A DNA stretch of 64,000 nt from Gracilinanus agilis (GCF_016433145.1 NC_058132.1:119126626-119190625); one strand, 5' to 3'; shown: positions 51,656 through 64,000, numbered from the stretch's first letter. The notes: generated from the sequence alone by a model not told the origin. Made by a program: numbers and translations.

Positions 51656-51852
51656 GGACTACATACCAGAGCCATGATTCTGGAACAGATTTGTCTTTTC
51701 CATGGATTTTGAATGTACTTGATTTAAAAGCATTTGATTTTTACAAAGTGATTGAAAGCTTTATCAAGGCAGAAGCGAGTTTGACAAGGGAAATGATAAA
51801 ACACTTAGAACGTTGTGAACATCGGATCATGGAATCACTAGCATGGCAATCA
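51656..51852 (+). CDS. RB1: RB1 exon 17 (197 nt), [65 protein letters not shown]
   Basis: ttttag|GGACTA...CAATCA|gtaagt. End of pocket A; length 197. Confidence 0.98.
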
Positions 51853-52184
51853 GTAAGTACTCAGTTTAAGTAGTTAAGACATTTAAGTGCATGAATGTGT
51901 ACGAGTGAAACAATACAATGAAGACACTTCAACACTTCACCATTGGAATAATTCTACAATTGCTTGATTAGTAGGAATTCAGCATATAATTTAGGTTTAT
52001 AATAGATCATGGGGGATTACAGTGAATTCCTTCATACTTGGGCTTCTGAGGGCACCTTGGTTCAAAAAAATATTTTTATGTGTTTTAGTACTAAATACAG
52101 GTCATGTAGCATGCCACACTAAATTGAAAAAGGAAATTTTTAAGGGTTCAAATATATTTGGTTATGTAATAAGACTATATCTCA

Positions 52185-52372
52185 GGGGCAGCTGGGTAGC
52201 TCAGTGGATTGAGAGCCAGGCCTAGAGATGGGAGGTCCTAGATTCAAATCTGGCCTCAGACACTTTCCCAGCTGTGTGACCCTGGGCAAGTCACTTGACC
52301 CCCATTGCCTACCCTTACCACTCTTCCACTAAGGAACTAATACACAGAGGTTAAGGGTTTAAAAAAAAAAAA
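52185..52372 (+). mobile_element. SINE1_Mdo-type SINE in intron 17
   Basis: Full head; aagactatat repeated at 52171 and 52373. Confidence 0.9.
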
Positions 52373-52667
52373 AAGACTATATGTCTCTGACTTGTAATAA
52401 ATAATGTTTTATTTTGAAATTTCAAAGAATTATTCTTAAATTTTTCAGTAAAATGGCATAAATTTTCAGATTAAAATTCCTCCTTGTTATAAGAGCTTTT
52501 CTCAGTACTTGGAATGACTAGAGCAGACTGGCAACCTTTTTATGTATGACTATGTCTTATAAGGTAGGAATTAGATTAGAAGCTATTAGAATGCATATTT
52601 CTCTAATGTTGAAGATAGTTTAAAAATCTTTGTGCTTAATTATCTTAACTTTGTGAGAAAGCTCCTT

Positions 52668-52744
52668 TTAAAAATTTAACTAATTAGTTAATTCTATTAA
52701 TTAATTTATTTAGAATATTTTTCCATGCTTACATGATTCATGTT
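52668..52744 (-). mobile_element. Extremely 5'-truncated L1 stub
   Basis: L1 tail (aacatgaatcatgtaagcatggaaaaatattctaa on the minus strand); 18-bp TSD tttgtgagaaagctcctt at 52650-52667 and 52745-52762. Confidence 0.85.
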
Positions 52745-53789
52745 TTTGTGAGAAAGCTCCTTAAGAGAACAAATCACATATTTCACATGGCACATTTATG
52801 TCTTTAATTATTGATGCCTGAGGAAAAGAAAAAAAAATCCTTTGCAAAATGGAAGGAAGAGAAAAAACAATGGAAAAACAAAGTCACAATGGTAAAAGAG
52901 TATATCCTTGAGATACTATGCCCAGCCTTGACCTTAAATGATTATGAAGGCATGGTAAGTTTCCTGATTTGAAACTCTTTCCTGTGGATATTCCCTTAGA
53001 ATTAGTGTACTCCCTTTATTACTATACTGTCTCCTACTTAGTTATGCTGATAACAGCACTCTCAAACCAGTCTCATTGAATACAACAAATTACAAGTGAT
53101 GAGAATTTAGGTATAGACTTTAGAAAATAGGAAATTAACCTGTAATTTCATTGTTAAAAAGAATTCTGGATGAGGAATTTCTTCGTACTAGTTACAGGTC
53201 AACATCTTCTCTGAAACTTATATAGTCTTAGATATTTGCTCAGACTACGAAAGATTAAGTGACTAGTTTATCAGAGGCAGCACTGAACTCTGATACCTTC
53301 TTGGCTCAAAGGCCAACTCTCTAAATACTGTATTTTACTCCTTCTCAAGCTTTAAAGGTGAGCAATTATAGGTATCTAGTTGTGAGCACAGGATTAACAT
53401 CTATTCAATTTATAACATATGTCTTACTGAATTTCCTTTGCTTCAATGTCCCTGTTCAGTCCACAAGTCCAGCTATACCCAGTTCATGATCCCTTTAGTC
53501 TGATAGTGTTGTCTCTTCTTGAAACTATGCTTCTCTCCCATAGCTACAATAAATGTCTTTTGAGTATTACTATATTACCACATTGAGTATTACTATGCCT
53601 AGACAAATTTAGTTTCCATAGTTACCCAATACTGTTTTCTCTTCAGTATCTTCTACTTTAAAAAACCTATTCTTTCTCTATCCACTGTCTCTGTACCAAA
53701 TGTCTGAGTTGCTCTTTGATCCCTTATATTTGCCCATCATTGTTCTCTTTTGAAGAAATTATAGATATTTCATGTTTGCCCATTAAAAA

Positions 53790-54965
53790 TGAACTTTTCT
53801 TCTATGACTTGGAGGAGAAAGTTCTTAACCCATACTGTACATAGAGGTGCAAAGTATTAAATGGATTATATGAAATTGAAGTATTTTTGCACAAATAAAG
53901 TCAAACTACTAGGACAAAAAAAGGAAATAAGCAATTGAGGGGGAAAGCCTTTGCTTTAGATATCTCTGATAAAGGACTAATATCTTAAAGATATGTAGGG
54001 AATTATTAATACCAGTATATGACTGTCATTCCCCACTGGATCTGTGGCCAAAAGATATAAACAAACAGTTCTCCAAAAAAGAGTTGCAAACTATTGATAG
54101 TGAAATTAAAAACTGCTCCAAAACAATTAAAGAAAAGCAGATTTGTTGTTGTTATTATTCAAACCTTTCAATCATGTCTGACTCTTCATGATCCCATTTG
54201 GGGTTTTCTTGGCAAATATACTGGAGTAATTTGTCATTTCCTTCTCTATCTCATTTAATAGGTGAGAAAACTGAGTCAAACAGGGTTAAGTGACTTGCCC
54301 AGGGGCAGACAATTACTCTCTGAAGTGAATTTGAATTTAGATCTTTCTGATCCAAGCCAGCACTCCTTCTGTTGTGCCATCTAGCTGATCTAAAAACTGA
54401 TCAGAAAAGTTCTGATGTTTTACACTCATGCTTAGGAAACTGGCTGAGGATGTGTGGAAATGGTCTATGTTGGAGGGACTGTGGAAAGACAAATACACTA
54501 ATATATGCACTGTTGGTGATGCCATGAATTGGTCTGATCATTCTGGGAACAAATTTGGAATTATGCTAAGAAGGTAACTAAAATACCTGTACTTCATTGA
54601 CTAAGAGATCCCACTGCTAGGCTTTTGCTCCAAGGAAGTAAAGAAGAGAGAAGCAAAGATCTCATATAAAACAAAGTATTTATAGCAACCCTTTTTTTTG
54701 TGATAGCAAAAATCTGAAAGCAGAATAGATGTCCACTGATTGAAAAATGACTCAGCAAATTATTGTATAGATTGTATTTGAATATTATTGCTCCATAAGA
54801 AATTTTGAATATGAAGAATTCAGAGAAGCATTGGCTTATATGAACTGATGCTAGAGTGAAGTAAACAAAACCAGTAATAAAAAAATATCGATTAGAACAA
54901 TGTAAATAGAACCAAAAAGTGAGTACTATGTAATTATTTTGAACTTTATTCCCAAAGAAGATGTA
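53790..54965 (+). mobile_element. L1 ORF2 3' part with nested MAR1 SINE (54145-54388, minus)
   Basis: gatatctctgataaaggactaatatc, gagatcccactgctagg, cagaatagatgtccactgattgaaaaatgactcagcaaattattg. Confidence 0.8.
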
Positions 54966-54974
54966 AGTGTTCAT

Positions 54975-57545
54975 AAAGAGAAATTTTCCTCTAAATACTA
55001 CCTTGACTGCGTCTTATAGGTTTTGGTATGTTGTTTCATTGTTATCATTATTTTTATTGAAATTATTGTTTCTAAGATTTTTCCCCCCTCTAACCCATTC
55101 TAATTAATTTTTAATCTATGTTTCAAAGGTCTTATTGAACATAATTTTTATTACATTTTGGTCAGGAAAAAGAAGTCTTCTATTTCTGCTTTCCTGCATT
55201 TGTTTGCATTTGTTCACATGATCAGTTTTTGTGAAGATGTCATGTAGAGCTAAGAAATAGGCACACACTTTTCTATTCTCATTGATTATTCTCTAGAAGT
55301 CTAGCATGTCTAACTTTTCAAAAATTCTTTTCATTTCCTTAAGTTCTATCTTATTTATTTTGCAGTTAGATTTACCTAGGTCTGAGAAGGAAGGGGGTAA
55401 ATTGAGGCCCTTTATCACTACAGCTGTACTATGTCCTCTTCTAACTTATTTAACTTTTCCTTTAAGAATTTGGATGCTATGCCATTTGGTGCAGTTATTT
55501 CTGATATTGATATTGATTTATTTTTTATGATATTTTTAGCAAAATGTAATTTCCCTGTTTATCTCTTATAAATAAGACTGTTTTTGCTTTTGCTTTGCCT
55601 GAAATCATGATTACTACCCCTGCCTTTTTTACTTCAGCTGAACCATAATAGATTTTACGGTATGTTTCCTGAAAACATGTTGTTGGATTCTGGTTTCCAG
55701 TCTATGCTGCTATACTTTTTGGTTTTATGGATAAGTTCATCCTATTTATATTCACAGTTATGATTGGTAACTTTATTTTCCTTCCATCCATCCTGTTATC
55801 TATCTTTTTCATCCTGTCCCCTCCATAATAGTCTCTTTTGTTTCTGACTACTGATTCATTTAATTTACTCTCCTTCTTATTTTTTACCCCATCCCCCTGA
55901 ATTTCCCTTAATTCTTTCTCCTCCTATTTCTTTGTTATTTAAGATGAATTTCTTTATCTATTAAGTGTATGTATATGTGTAATTGTATTCTTCTCTCCTC
56001 AAATCAGATGAGAGAGAAATTCAAGTGTTATCTGCTTGTCTATCCTCCCTCCCTCAAAAGTATAAATTCTTCCTTGTGCATCCCATTTATGTGAGATAAT
56101 TTCCCCCAAATCTTGTGTGAGCCCAACTGTGATGCCAGAGTTCTTGAATTCTTTCCTTCTGACTGCTTTCAGTATTTTCTCCTTGATTTGTGAGCTATTG
56201 GTTTTGTCTATAGTATTCACAAGGGTTTTCATTTTGGAGTTTCTCTTAGGAGGTAATCAATGTATTCTTTTGATGTCTGTGTTGCCCATCAGTTCTAAAA
56301 TCTCTAAGTAGTTTTCCTTTATAATTTCTCAAAATATAATGTCTAGGCTCTTTTTTTTTTTTGTTCAGAGCTTTTAATGCTTCTTAAATAACCTCTCCTC
56401 GAACTTTTTTCTTTTTTTCCAAGTCAGTTATTTTTCCTTTGAGATATCTTATGGTGTCTTTCTTCCTTCCTTCCTTCCTTCCTTCCTTCCTTCCTTCCTT
56501 CCTTCCTTCCTTTTTTCTTTTTTGTCTTTTGACTTGGTTTTATTATTTTTTTATGTTTTATGGAGTCATTAGTTTTCATTTGACCATTTCTAATTTTTAA
56601 AAAGTTATTTTCTTCAGTAAATTTTATACCTCTTTTTACCAAGCAGTAAATTTTTTGCATAACTTTGCTGTCTAGTTGTGATTTCCTTTCCCATTTATTC
56701 CTTCACTACTGTGTTTAAAAAACTTTTTGGCCTTTTTTTAAATAAAAAAATCTCTTTCTTTAGCTCTTCTGGAAATTCTTGTTGGACTAATGTCCAGTCA
56801 GCATTTTTCTTTGAGGCTTTGCTTAAACATGTTTTCAGGTCATTGTTTCCTGTGTTTGTCTTGAGCTTTTCTCTCATCACATAAGCTCTTTATCCTTTGT
56901 TTCTTTTTTTGTTTGCTCCTTTTCCACCTTACTCTTTGACTTCAGTTTTTCTATTAGTGTTGAACTCTTTTTAGCAGATTTAGAGCAAATTAAACTGCTG
57001 ACTCCCCTTTGGTCTTGATCACCTTCCCTGGTTTTTCCAAGAAGTCTCATGTGCTAGACCAAAGGTTAGAACTGAGTCACTGTTCTGCTCCTATGCCCAG
57101 AGCCATAAGGCTCACTTTCTGGCATTTGTTTTGGGCTTAGTATTCTACTAGAACCCTGCCCTTAGTCTTCAACCTCCTGGATGTCCTGGATCTGTAACAC
57201 AGAACTGGCAGTGTGCAGTGGCTGCCAGACAGTACTCCTTCTGTTTCCCAGAACAAGTTTAAGGGGTCCTTTGATCTCTTCCTGCCTTGGTATTCTAACT
57301 CAGGGTACTTGAATGCTCCCTTAACTTTCACTGCTGCCACCATGCCATGTTTGTGGCCTACCTCCACAGTCCTCTTTATGTGCTTTAAGCTGTCCTCTTC
57401 TGAAAATATGACTCATGACTTTTTCTTGACTTTCCTGATCAGAACTTGGTCTGACATGTTTTCTAGGTTGTCAGGAAAGACATATATTGCAGAAGTTAGG
57501 CAAAAAAAGCTTCTTCTCACTCTGCCTACTTCCCTCCTTTCTTTA
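54975..57545 (-). mobile_element. L1 5' half (5' UTR, ORF1, spacer, ORF2 endonuclease start)
   Basis: ORF track 55999..56232 (KEKILKAVRRK...LTQDL) and 56695..56880 are ORF1 remnants; 5' terminus cttctcactctgcc at about 57515. Confidence 0.8.
56462..56510. repeat. (CTTC)n microsatellite inside L1 ORF1
   Basis: About 12 units read directly. Confidence 0.95.
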
Positions 57546-57824
57546 TAAAAGTAGGGAACCTTTAATGAGGTGTATTTGAAATATTGCCTCTAAGGTTAGA
57601 TTAGATAATGTGTTGGTTAGTTTTATTGAACTGCCTGTAAAATATATTCTTTGTTACAAAGAATGGCTCCTTGAACAGGGATTAGAGAAAGAATATATTC
57701 TGAAATTAAGGTAATGTGAAAGCAAAAGATTATCAGTAATTAAAAAATTTTAAATAAACATTAATTACCTAAGTTATAGGCATTTTACATGCATACATAA
57801 TGTATATTACATGTGTCTTTAAGC

Positions 57825-58015
57825 AATAGCATGCTTAGAGTTCTATACTTGAAATCAGGAAGACTAGGTTCACATTCTGCCTTTGTGACCTTGGAGAAGG
57901 CCCTTCACTTCTTAGTGCCTCGGGAAACTCCTTGCAACTTATTTACTAAGTTGTAGAAGAGATGTCATCTCTATTAATAGAAGTAGTTTCCCACGCTAAG
58001 GAAAATCACAGACCT
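57825..58015 (+). mobile_element. Ther1/MIR3-type CORE SINE
   Basis: gaaatcaggaagactaggttcac...cttagtgcctcgggaaactcc...gaaaatcacagacc. Confidence 0.65.
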
Positions 58016-58479
58016 TTTTTATAGTCTAAAGTTCATATAGAAACACTATTAGGATAGTTTCCCTGAAGAAGGCAGCTATTTATTAGGTATATATGCTGGA
58101 AAGGAAATTCACAAAATCCTACTCATATGCCTTTTATTGGCATTGAGGTAAACTTACATTCTCAAAAGTATAAAAATAGATAGTAAATTCTTGAAGATTT
58201 TGTTATGCTGGAAAGACTGAGAGTTCAGAACTAATATATTCTTGGAAACTCATATTATGACCAATTGTCTTTGTGACTTCTTTACTCTCTCTATTGATCT
58301 TGACAGAATAATGTAGAGGGTGATAGGAATTACAATTTTTAGACCCACTATAAACAATAAACTAGCTGTTATAATCTAAATACAATATTGGCCACTAACC
58401 AGTGAATAGATATATTACCTAAAGAAATTTATATTTCTCTCATATCTGAGTATAGTTTTCAGCCAATTAATCAATAAGC

Positions 58480-59900
58480 CTGTATTAAGTATCTATTGCC
58501 AGGCAATGTTTTAGGTACTAGGAGTTACAAAGAGAGTGCATTCTATGCATGGAGAAAAGCCTGTACAAAAGCACAAAAATAGGAGATGGAATGTCATCTA
58601 GGAGAAATGGTAAAAAAAGCCTATTTAGCAGATAGATTTCATGAGGGAGAATAACATGCAATAAGCCTGGAAAGATAAGTTGGAGTATGAAGTTGTTAAG
58701 GACGTTAAATGTCATACAGAAGGTTTTGTATTTGTTCTAGAGGTGGAAGGTAGCTTGTGGAGTGTGCTTTAGAAATACCACTTTGACATCTATGTGAAAG
58801 ATGGTTTGGAGAATGGAGAGGTGAGAAAGAGAGGAGCAGGGAGAGACAGACAGACACAGAGAGGGAGAGTTAGAGGGAGGGAAACACTCAGTTAGGAGAC
58901 TATTACAATAGTACAATTGAGAAATGATGGAGAATGGTAGCTCTATGAGTGGGGGAAAAAAGAATGAATATGAGAGATGTCATAGACAAAGTATTGACAA
59001 GGCTTAGCAACTGATTGGATGTATGAAGTGAAGACAGCAAGGAAACAAGGATAACTTTAAGTTTTGAACCAAGGTAACTGAAAGGTTGGTGATATTCTTA
59101 ACAGAGAAAGGGAATTTCAGAAGAATGATGGATTTTAGGGGAAAGATAATGAGTTCTATTTTAGACATGTTGAGTTTGAGATACTTGTAGAACATACAAC
59201 TGAAAATAGATAATTGGTAGGGCAAAATATATACTTCAGAGACTAGGACTAGGGAGCAGTTTCCAAGGGAACAGTTAGGTAGCTCAGTGGATTTGAGAGT
59301 AAGACCAAGAGACGAGACATCCTGGGTTCAAATTTGACCTCAGGTACTTCCTTAACCCTCATTGCCTATCCCTTACCAGTCTTTTGCCTTAAAACCAATA
59401 CACAGTACTGATTCTAAGATAAAAGATAAAGCTTGAGAGAGAGACAAGGACTAGATTTCTAAACATGAGTCATCTGCATAAAAGTGATAATTGAACAGAG
59501 TTATGAAAAGAGAATTAGTAGGTTAGTAAATGAAGTACATAACCTTATTGAAGAAAATAACTCCTTAAAAACTAGAACTGACCAAATGGAAGCTAATGAC
59601 GCTATGAGACATCAAGCTATAATAAACCAAGTCAAAAGACTGAAAAAATAAAAGTATATTTTAGCTATCCTATAGGGAAAACAACTGACCTTGAATAAAG
59701 CTAACACACATTTAGATGGGAGGAGATAAACAATGATCCATCAAGAGTGAGATTAAACAGATAAAAAGAATAATGAGAGAAAGCAGTGTAATGAAAACCT
59801 AAAGAGAGAATATCTACAAGAAGAAAGTTGTTAACAGTGTCAAATACTATAGAGGCCTTGGGAAAAGATATATCAAAAAGTATACACAGTCCATACCCTG
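58480..59900 (-). mobile_element. L2 fragments interrupted by a SINE (59253-59440) and an L1 ORF1 piece (about 59500-59700)
   Basis: gagttctattttagacatgttgagtttgagatac and gagtcatctgcata are typical reverse-L2 motifs. The SINE is flanked by gagac(t/a)aggactag. Confidence 0.7.
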
Positions 59901-60383
59901 AAGGAGCTTACATTTTAATGGATGAGACAAGGTAAAATTAATAAGCATATGCAAGGTATATACAGAGTACCTGGAAGTTAGTCTCTGAGGAAAAGCTATA
60001 GTAGTAGAGAGGTGGTTTGATAAGATACTCATTTAAACCAGATTCTCCCAAGTGTTTCCAAGGAAAAACTGAAGATAAAAAATAGTTGGAAAGTAATTAG
60101 TTAATAAAAGCTAAGGCTACTGTAATAAACTCTTTTCTCTATCAAAGAAGGCAAGGCTACCACCTTTGGACTCTACTGTCATAGACCCCAAAGTGCTATA
60201 TGACAAAGAATAGCACCATACTCTGTTATAGATTAAAAAAGGATGCTGGACTAGAGAAATATGCTTATTCTTTAATAGTCTTATTCAGAAGGTCCCATTA
60301 ATCCATTTGTTAGCAGTTAACTGAGTTCTGTATTTTCCATCTTGTTTGTATTTCTATTGGATTTATCCACCTCTGATACATAC

Positions 60384-60498
60384 TGTAACATGGAAAATGG
60401 CAGGGTGGAATTCCTGCAAGATACAGGGTCAAGCCTCACCCAGAATGGCTTGACCCTGTATCTTGCAGGAATTCCACCCTGCCATTTTCCATGTTACA
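60384..60498. repeat. Perfect inverted repeat, 52-bp arms, 11-nt spacer, TGT...ACA termini
   Basis: 60384-60435 is the exact reverse complement of 60447-60498; spacer TCACCCAGAAT. Confidence 0.99.
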
Positions 60499-61901
60499 AT
60501 AGACACATAGATACTTGTTATGCACTCTATAGATGCTAATCCAATATCTGAAGTTGTGTCTTATATTTGCCTTTCCCTTGTACCTAGCCAGCATGTAACT
60601 TAATTACTTTCCTGAATCTTGCATGCTTTGTCTTCAATTTTATAGAACATTTGTGTGAGAAAAAAAATAGGCTAAAAGTAGTTCATAATTTTAAATTAAG
60701 AGATTCATGGAACAATTTTCCAATTATAGTAGACAACTTAAAATTCTTTAGGTTTCTTGCTGCCTAACTTGTAAACAAAAATCAGAACTTCTTCAGTTTT
60801 CTTTTGAAATGTCAGACTTGACAGGAAATGAACACAAAGGGGAGAAAGGCCTCTGGCTCCGAAAAGGATGTCTGGTGTGTGTTTGTGTCCTGGTGTTTCA
60901 TTAACCTCACATACTTCACATGAAAGCGTTAGTTTTTAACTTTAAAAAGATGTCAAAAAAAGTCAAGGTTTCAAGAGAGTAAAATGGCTTGAAAGACAAT
61001 GATATAGCCACACTTGTTAGTCTTTACATGCATAACTACCACTCTTATAAATGAAATAGCATATTTAATTTTCAAAATCGCATAAAGAATTGCACAAAAT
61101 AATAGTAAGTTGAAAGGAATTGCCTATATGTTGAGAGTTAAGAGTTCTAAGATCTGGTGTCAATTTTAAAATTAATGACCAGCGTGACCTTTGCAAGATG
61201 ATCTCTGGCAAGATGTATCTTCCTACAAACCTGAAGAAATGAATTTTATAATTTTTATAATGCTTTCCTAAGATATATTGCACTTTTATCTTTCTATATC
61301 CTGTGAGGTAATGAAGTTTCATTATATCTCACTTTTGTGGAAACAGTATTACCATTTTGGAACTTTTGCAATAAACATTTACTCAATTCCCACTAAATAT
61401 ATAGAACTACATACTGTTTCTTCAAGGCCTTACTCAATCTCCATTAGGAACATTTTCTTTATAATTTCAACCAATATTCTCTCTTTCTGTAGCACTTATA
61501 ATCAACCATATGGTACTGACAGCATAAAAGTTATTCTACCTTGTACTGTCTACTATAGGCACTTAATAAATGCTTGCTTGTTCATTTTCTAATTGTTACA
61601 TTTGTAAGTCATGTCTCCTAATAATATCAAAATATACTTGAGGGCTTTGGCCTTGTCATTTTGTAATATTTTTGCATACCCTGAAATATGAGGTACAAAT
61701 TTGGTACTAAAAAAGATTTGGTAAACTGAATTAATTTGCAACTCATGTAAATGTAGTTCTGTTTCAGTTACCATGTATTATCTCAGAATTTTTATATATA
61801 AGTATATATACACATGTACACACATGTATATGAAATGTATTTTTACCATGTTAAATCATTTTTACTTGGGCCTTAAGTTTCTTTTTAAAAGTGATTATGT
61901 C

Positions 61902-62036
61902 CGGCCTCAGACACTTCCCAGCTGTGTGACCCTGGGCAAGTCACTTGACCCCTATTGCCTACCCTTACCACTCTTCTACCTATAAGTCAATATACAGAAG
62001 TTAAGGGTTTAAAATAAAAAAAAAAAGTCCATAAAA
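61902..62036 (+). mobile_element. 5'-truncated SINE1_Mdo-type SINE
   Basis: Starts mid-element at cggcctcagac; 15-bp TSD aaaagtgattatgtc at 61887-61901 and 62037-62051. Confidence 0.92.
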
Positions 62037-62823
62037 AAAAGTGATTATGTCTTTATGTTTTTTTCATATTACATGCTAATAAAAGTTCAATAAATAATGT
62101 CTTTTTTCTCCTTTTAGAAGGCCAATTCTTTACTTGACCTCTAAAGAGACTAGGCTAAGATAGAAAATATGTATTTTTAATATGATGCAATGTAAGCCTA
62201 TAACTATGATATGTTAAAATTGCCTGTTCTTTAAATTATGGTAAAAGATAAACCATTCAGCTTATTCTTTGTGGTGTTCCCATTAAAATTATATTACTTA
62301 AAGTCCCATAGAATTTAACAGTGGTAATTAGTTATTTCAGTGTTAATTGTTTAAGATTCAATCTCTTTGCAAAAAAAGGTAGATATGAAATTTCTTTAAA
62401 AGATTCATTAAATTTTAAAACCTTCCTCTTTACTCATGTCTTTCCTGCTATTTTTAATAATATCATCTGAAGATTCATATTTTCTTTAGTAAATATCTAA
62501 CTTTAGTGTCATTGCTTATATTCTTAAACATTGTAAAATTACAAAATATATTAGATATATGGGAATACAATGATGTCATATCATTTTAAAAATATTTTAG
62601 TGAAAATGTGTAGTAATCCTAAAAATTAGAAATGTAGCATCCTAGAACTTAGGGCTAACTAAAATAGACTAATTGATCAGTTTCTCCTCTGTTAATTCAC
62701 TTGTTTTGTGACTCATTTTGCTTTCTCTTTGATTAGGGTTAACTTTCTTCAGATCTTTTTTGGTAATTTTAATGCTTGTTTGAATAGTTGTTTTTTTTTT
62801 CATGACTGTTGACAAGTTTTCCT

Positions 62824-62853
62824 TTTGCCATTTTCTCATTTGCCATTTTCTCA
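62824..62853. repeat. 15-bp tandem duplication (tttgccattttctca)x2
   Basis: Read directly from the sequence. Confidence 0.9.
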
Positions 62854-63379
62854 TTTAAGGTTGTTTCTGGGCCAGCTGATCAAATTTAAGCTAAAGTACT
62901 CTGTACTTTAAACTTGTACTATTGGGTATGAACAGCTTCATCCCTGAGAGTAACATGCTATTACTACTGGGAGAAGAAAAATAGGAGATTATTTTGAGGA
63001 AGGAAAAAGCAAGGGTTCAAGGTTCCTAAAATAATTTGCCACGTAATTTCCTGAGTGGTAACAACAACACAGATTGTTGGTAGGAACTAACGGCCTGCAT
63101 AAGTTCATAAAATGTAGATCTGGAAATATTAGAAATCTAATCTAGCCCTTTTATCCTTTCAGAAAAAGAAGCTAAGGACTAGAGGAATTAAATGACTTAC
63201 CCAAAGTCACAAATAGATTCAGAATCTGGACTTAAAGTTATATTCTTTACACATTTAGCTTGTATGAATGAGAATTTAACAAAGTAAAAATGTCTCCAAA
63301 AATCACCATTTCTTATTTATTTGAACAGCACAAGATTAGACATTTGAGTTACCATGTGAATAGAAAAGAGCTAGAGTTA

Positions 63380-63620
63380 GGGTGGCCAGGTAATGCAATG
63401 GATAGTGCAGTAGACCTGGAGTCAGGAAGTTTGGAGTTCAAATCTGGCCTCAAATACTAGCAGTGTGACCTTGAGCAAGTATACTTAACCCTGTTTGCTA
63501 CAGTTCCTCATCTGCAAAATGAACTAGAGAAGGAAATAGAAAACTACTCCCTTATCTGCCAAGAAAATCGTAATTGGGGTCATGAAGAACTGAACATGAA
63601 CGAAACAATTTAACAACAAA
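63380..63620 (+). mobile_element. MAR1-type SINE
   Basis: ggccaggtaatgcaatggatag...ggagttcaaatctggcctc...gagaaggaaatagaaaactactcc...gccaagaaaa...aacaacaa. Confidence 0.8.
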
Positions 63621-64000
63621 GAGCAAGGAATAATATACCCACTATTATTACTTACATTGTAATCAAAAGTAAAATCTCAAGAATCTGAATAGGAAGGCAT
63701 CTAGTTTATCTAAAGAACATCCCTAAATATATTCCAACAAATAGTTATCCACTGCTAGAAGACCTCCAGTAATGTGGAAACTACTCCTTTGAAAGCAACT
63801 CATTACACTTTTGGACAGCTCTATAATTATTGAAAATTTTTCCTTATCTAGCACCTAATTTACTTGCCTGCAAATTTCATTAAATATTTCCATTTCTCTC
63901 TTTGGGATCAGTTCAAACAAATATCCACTTTCTACATGACAGCCCTTCATATATTTCATACATTGTGTGTGTGTGTCTGTATCCCAGATTTTGGTCTGTG

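Noticed and set aside
53790-57545. Adjacent opposite-strand L1 pieces as a twin-priming inversion
   Set aside because: The geometry is tail-to-tail, with the 3' piece first, which does not fit twin priming. Treated as two insertions.
51853-64000. Nested LPAR6 (P2RY5) GPCR gene expected in intron 17
   Set aside because: No seven-transmembrane ORF of about 340 aa on either strand; it probably lies downstream of the window.

Overview
Eukaryotic, AT-rich, strongly CpG-depleted genomic DNA from a marsupial, most likely a didelphid opossum (SINE1_Mdo-type, MAR1-type and Ther/MIR-type SINEs plus marsupial L1s). The window lies inside the retinoblastoma gene RB1 on the + strand. It holds the last 13.4 kb of intron 2, coding exons 3-17 and the first 12 kb of intron 17. 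All 15 exons have GT-AG boundaries and splice to an open 1437-nt, 479-codon frame equivalent to human residues 89-565 plus 2 extra residues, covering the RbN domain and pocket A. Exon numbering and all human/chicken comparisons are from recalled sequences, not alignments I could run. The introns are mostly L1, L2, CR1/L3, MIR/CORE-SINE and hAT debris; repeat boundaries without TSDs are approximate. The most notable unexplained items are: (1) a perfect 52-bp-arm inverted repeat with TGT...ACA ends at 60384-60498; (2) a perfect 29-bp-arm, pre-miRNA-sized hairpin at 20607-20674; (3) a full-length antisense NUTF2 processed retrocopy in intron 12 with an 11-bp TSD, whose 5' UTR appears to preserve an exonised MIR cassette; (4) a duplicated copy of the exon-7 splice acceptor followed by a GTGAGT donor, defining a candidate 11-nt poison microexon.
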